From Actinomycetota bacterium (GTDB lineage Bacteria > Actinomycetota > Acidimicrobiia > IMCC26256 > PALSA-610), in the NCBI GenBank assembly GCA_052390615.1, contig JBQTGT010000017.1, positions 70,536 to 134,535 of the forward strand: 64,000 bases of DNA, given 5' to 3'. The position numbers and the translations under genes are program-made. Position 1 is the first letter of the stretch, and every line of letters starts with the position of its first letter. Positions 62,215 through 64,000 of this stretch are shown here, one piece after another. Under the pieces are notes generated by a model that had not been told where the DNA came from, made no database searches, and was given only the letters and a program-made list of their open reading frames with translations.

Positions 62215-62900
62215 TCAGGTCACGACGACGGGGTCCACAATTGCGCCGTCGCGCATGGCGATCTCGCGCGGTGCCGCGGCCGCGATCCCCCGATCGTGCG
62301 TGACGACGACGAGCGTGAGGCCGCGCTCGTGCAGTCCGAGCAACAACTGCATCACCGACTCCGCGCTCTCGGAGTCGAGGGACCCAGTGGGTTCGTCGGC
62401 CCAGACGATCCTGGGTTCGCCGGCAACCGCGCGCGCGACCGAGACTCGTTGCTGCTCGCCGCCGGAGAGCTGTCCCGGGCGGTGTCGGGCACGCGCGCCC
62501 AAGCCCACCCGATCGAGGGTGTCCGCGGCGCGGCGGCGGGCCGCCCCCGCGCGCATCCCGCTCAACAGGAGCGGGAGCTCCACGTTCTCGACCGCCGTCA
62601 TCACCGGGATGAGATCGAACGTCTGGAACACGAAGCCCATCGTTCGCGCCCGGCGCTGCGTGCGTTCGTCATCGGACAGCCGGTGGATCGACTCGCCGTC
62701 GACGACAACCTCACCCGCGTCGACGGAGTCCAACCCGCTGAGACAGTTCAGCAACGTCGTCTTGCCCGAACCCGATGGTCCGGTGACCGCGACGAACTCG
62801 CCGGCGCGAAGGGTCAGGTCGACGCCGCGCAGCGCCGCGACTTCGACGCTTCCGGCTCGGTACGACTTCGCAACCCCCGCCGCCACGAGGAGCTCCCGCA
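62215..62900 (-). CDS. ABC transporter ATP-binding protein (MacB/LolD/FtsE-like)
   Basis: Trimmed to [14 protein letters not shown].. with a gggcgggagg SD upstream. Walker [10 protein letters not shown], signature LSGGEQQRV, Walker B IVWADEPT. Confidence 0.9.
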
Positions 62901-62999
62901 TCTGGCCTCCCGCCCTCGACCACAGTTGTACACGGCCGCCGCGTGCGTCCGCTACGAACGACGTCGTCGACGTCCCGGGCGGCACCCGAGCGCTGACCG

Positions 63000-64000
63000 C
63001 TACGCGCCGGGTGCGGGCGGCTGGGTGGCCGCGAACTCCACCATGCGCATGTAGAGGTCGTACACACGAATGCCGTAGTCGTTGGCGGTCGCCCACGTCC
63101 CCGTGAGATCCCACCAGGACTGGACTTTGCCCCGGAAACCCAGGCGCAGCGTGCCCTTCAGGACGATCTCGTCGGGAAGCGAGTCGAGCGTCACCGACTT
63201 GTCGGTGTAGATGCGCAGCAGCTGTACCTGCGCCCGCACACCGGTGCGCGCATCCGGGAAGATGAAGCCGCGGGTGCACGAGTCGCAGGCGCCCACACCG
63301 GCGTAGTTGTTGTCCTCGGGCTCGACCATGCTGCCCGCGAACCCGAACCCGCCGGTTTCGAGGATCGACTGCGCCCACGCGACGTCGCCGCGCACTCCGA
63401 CCTTCGCGCTCTCGTCGAAGAACAGCTGCGCGAGCTCGTCGATCGTGACGCTGATGCGCGGCGTGTAGCCATTCGCACGGATGAAGTCCGCCATCTGGCG
63501 CGCCGTGAGCTGGTTGGGCCCGAGGATCGGGCTGCCGGCGGTCGTGGCCGCCTTGTAGAAGCGGAGAATCGTGGCTTCAGCCTTCATCAGCCGCACCTGC
63601 GCGTCCTCGAGGAAGGCCCGCGTGTTCGCCACGCGCGTGTTCGCGGCGTCGAGCTGTTTGCGAACGTCGGCACGCGCGAGCGAGACGTCGAGGATCGTGC
63701 GATCGAGCTGTGCCTTCTGCACCTCGAACTGTTCGACCTGGCCCATCTCGAACTCGCCGAAGGTGGAGATGAGGTGCAGGTCGCGGCTGACCTCGAGGAA
63801 GTCGTCCGCTTCGCCCATCGCGCCGATCGCGGCATCCATACGGCCCGTGCCCGAGTGGATGTACGCGGCGGCGGCGCTCGCCGCGACGTGGGCGCGCGCA
63901 GTCGCGAGATGGGACATGGTGCGCTGGCGCGCGCTGTCGAGCTGGACGAGCTCGGCTGTGAGCCCGTTCCAGCGGTACTGGAGCTCGTCGCGTTGCGCGA
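63000..64000 (-). CDS. Coiled-coil protein with C-terminal glucosaminidase-like (peptidoglycan hydrolase) domain, 5' end outside the window
   Basis: The frame stays open to base 64000. Heptad-rich ..[55 protein letters not shown]... C-terminal ..[32 protein letters not shown].. resembles the PF01832 catalytic region. Confidence 0.7.
   Translation of the reverse strand, partial: AQRDELQYRWNGLTAELVQLDSARQRTMSHLATARAHVAASAAAAYIHSGTGRMDAAIGAMGEADDFLEVSRDLHLISTFGEFEMGQVEQFEVQKAQLDRTILDVSLARADVRKQLDAANTRVANTRAFLEDAQVRLMKAEATILRFYKAATTAGSPILGPNQLTARQMADFIRANGYTPRISVTIDELAQLFFDESAKVGVRGDVAWAQSILETGGFGFAGSMVEPEDNNYAGVGACDSCTRGFIFPDARTGVRAQVQLLRIYTDKSVTLDSLPDEIVLKGTLRLGFRGKVQSWWDLTGTWATANDYGIRVYDLYMRMVEFAATQPPAPGA

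Noticed and set aside
1-64000. Scan for rRNA, tRNA, CRISPR arrays, transposases, integrases, phage genes, toxin-antitoxin pairs or known defence-system genes
   Set aside because: None recognised. Nearly all sequence is accounted for by metabolic, regulatory or envelope genes, and the only repeats are the short palindromic families reported above.

Overview
This is a GC-rich, gene-dense chromosomal segment with strong G/C at codon position 3. It looks actinobacterial, but that is inference only. The clues are a mycothiol-type DinB/MDMPI enzyme, an F420/LLM-type oxidoreductase, DUF3052, and many TetR, P450 and CoA-ligase/transferase genes. I support about 60 protein-coding genes. Many are translationally coupled by ATGA/GTGA/TGATG overlaps. 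I recognised no rRNA, tRNA, CRISPR array, transposase or integrase.

Gene content:
- Lipid/xenobiotic-type metabolism: 3 cytochrome P450s, 2 acyl-CoA ligases, 2 family III CoA-transferases, thioesterases, an SDR, an MDR, an amidohydrolase, a desaturase and a UbiA prenyltransferase.
- Sulfur ester metabolism: three Cys-type sulfatases plus a sulfotransferase.
- Housekeeping: Lon protease and a 1-Cys peroxiredoxin.
- Regulators: MarR, five TetR, GlxA/AraC and an NrtR-like protein.

Most unusual items:
1. A tandem pair of ~920-aa secreted proteins (FG-GAP repeats, a PKD domain split by a ~170-aa insert, and a pectate-lyase-like beta-helix).
2. An operon encoding a coiled-coil glucosaminidase-like protein followed by a MacB/FtsX-type ABC transporter, reminiscent of FtsEX-PcsB/RipC/CwlO.
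3. An NrtR-like Nudix regulator coupled to a NadD-like adenylyltransferase fused to a YacP/NYN domain.
4. A partner-switching module (MASE1-PP2C-RsbW-like fusion plus STAS) behind a leaderless-looking solute-binding-like protein.
5. Three families of short dispersed palindromic intergenic repeats, plus a 26-bp perfect hairpin.
6. Four apparent frameshifted or interrupted genes and two truncated transporter remnants.

CDS ends come from the ORF track. Starts were refined by eye and are approximate. Coordinates of small non-coding features were hand-derived and may be off by 1-2 nt.
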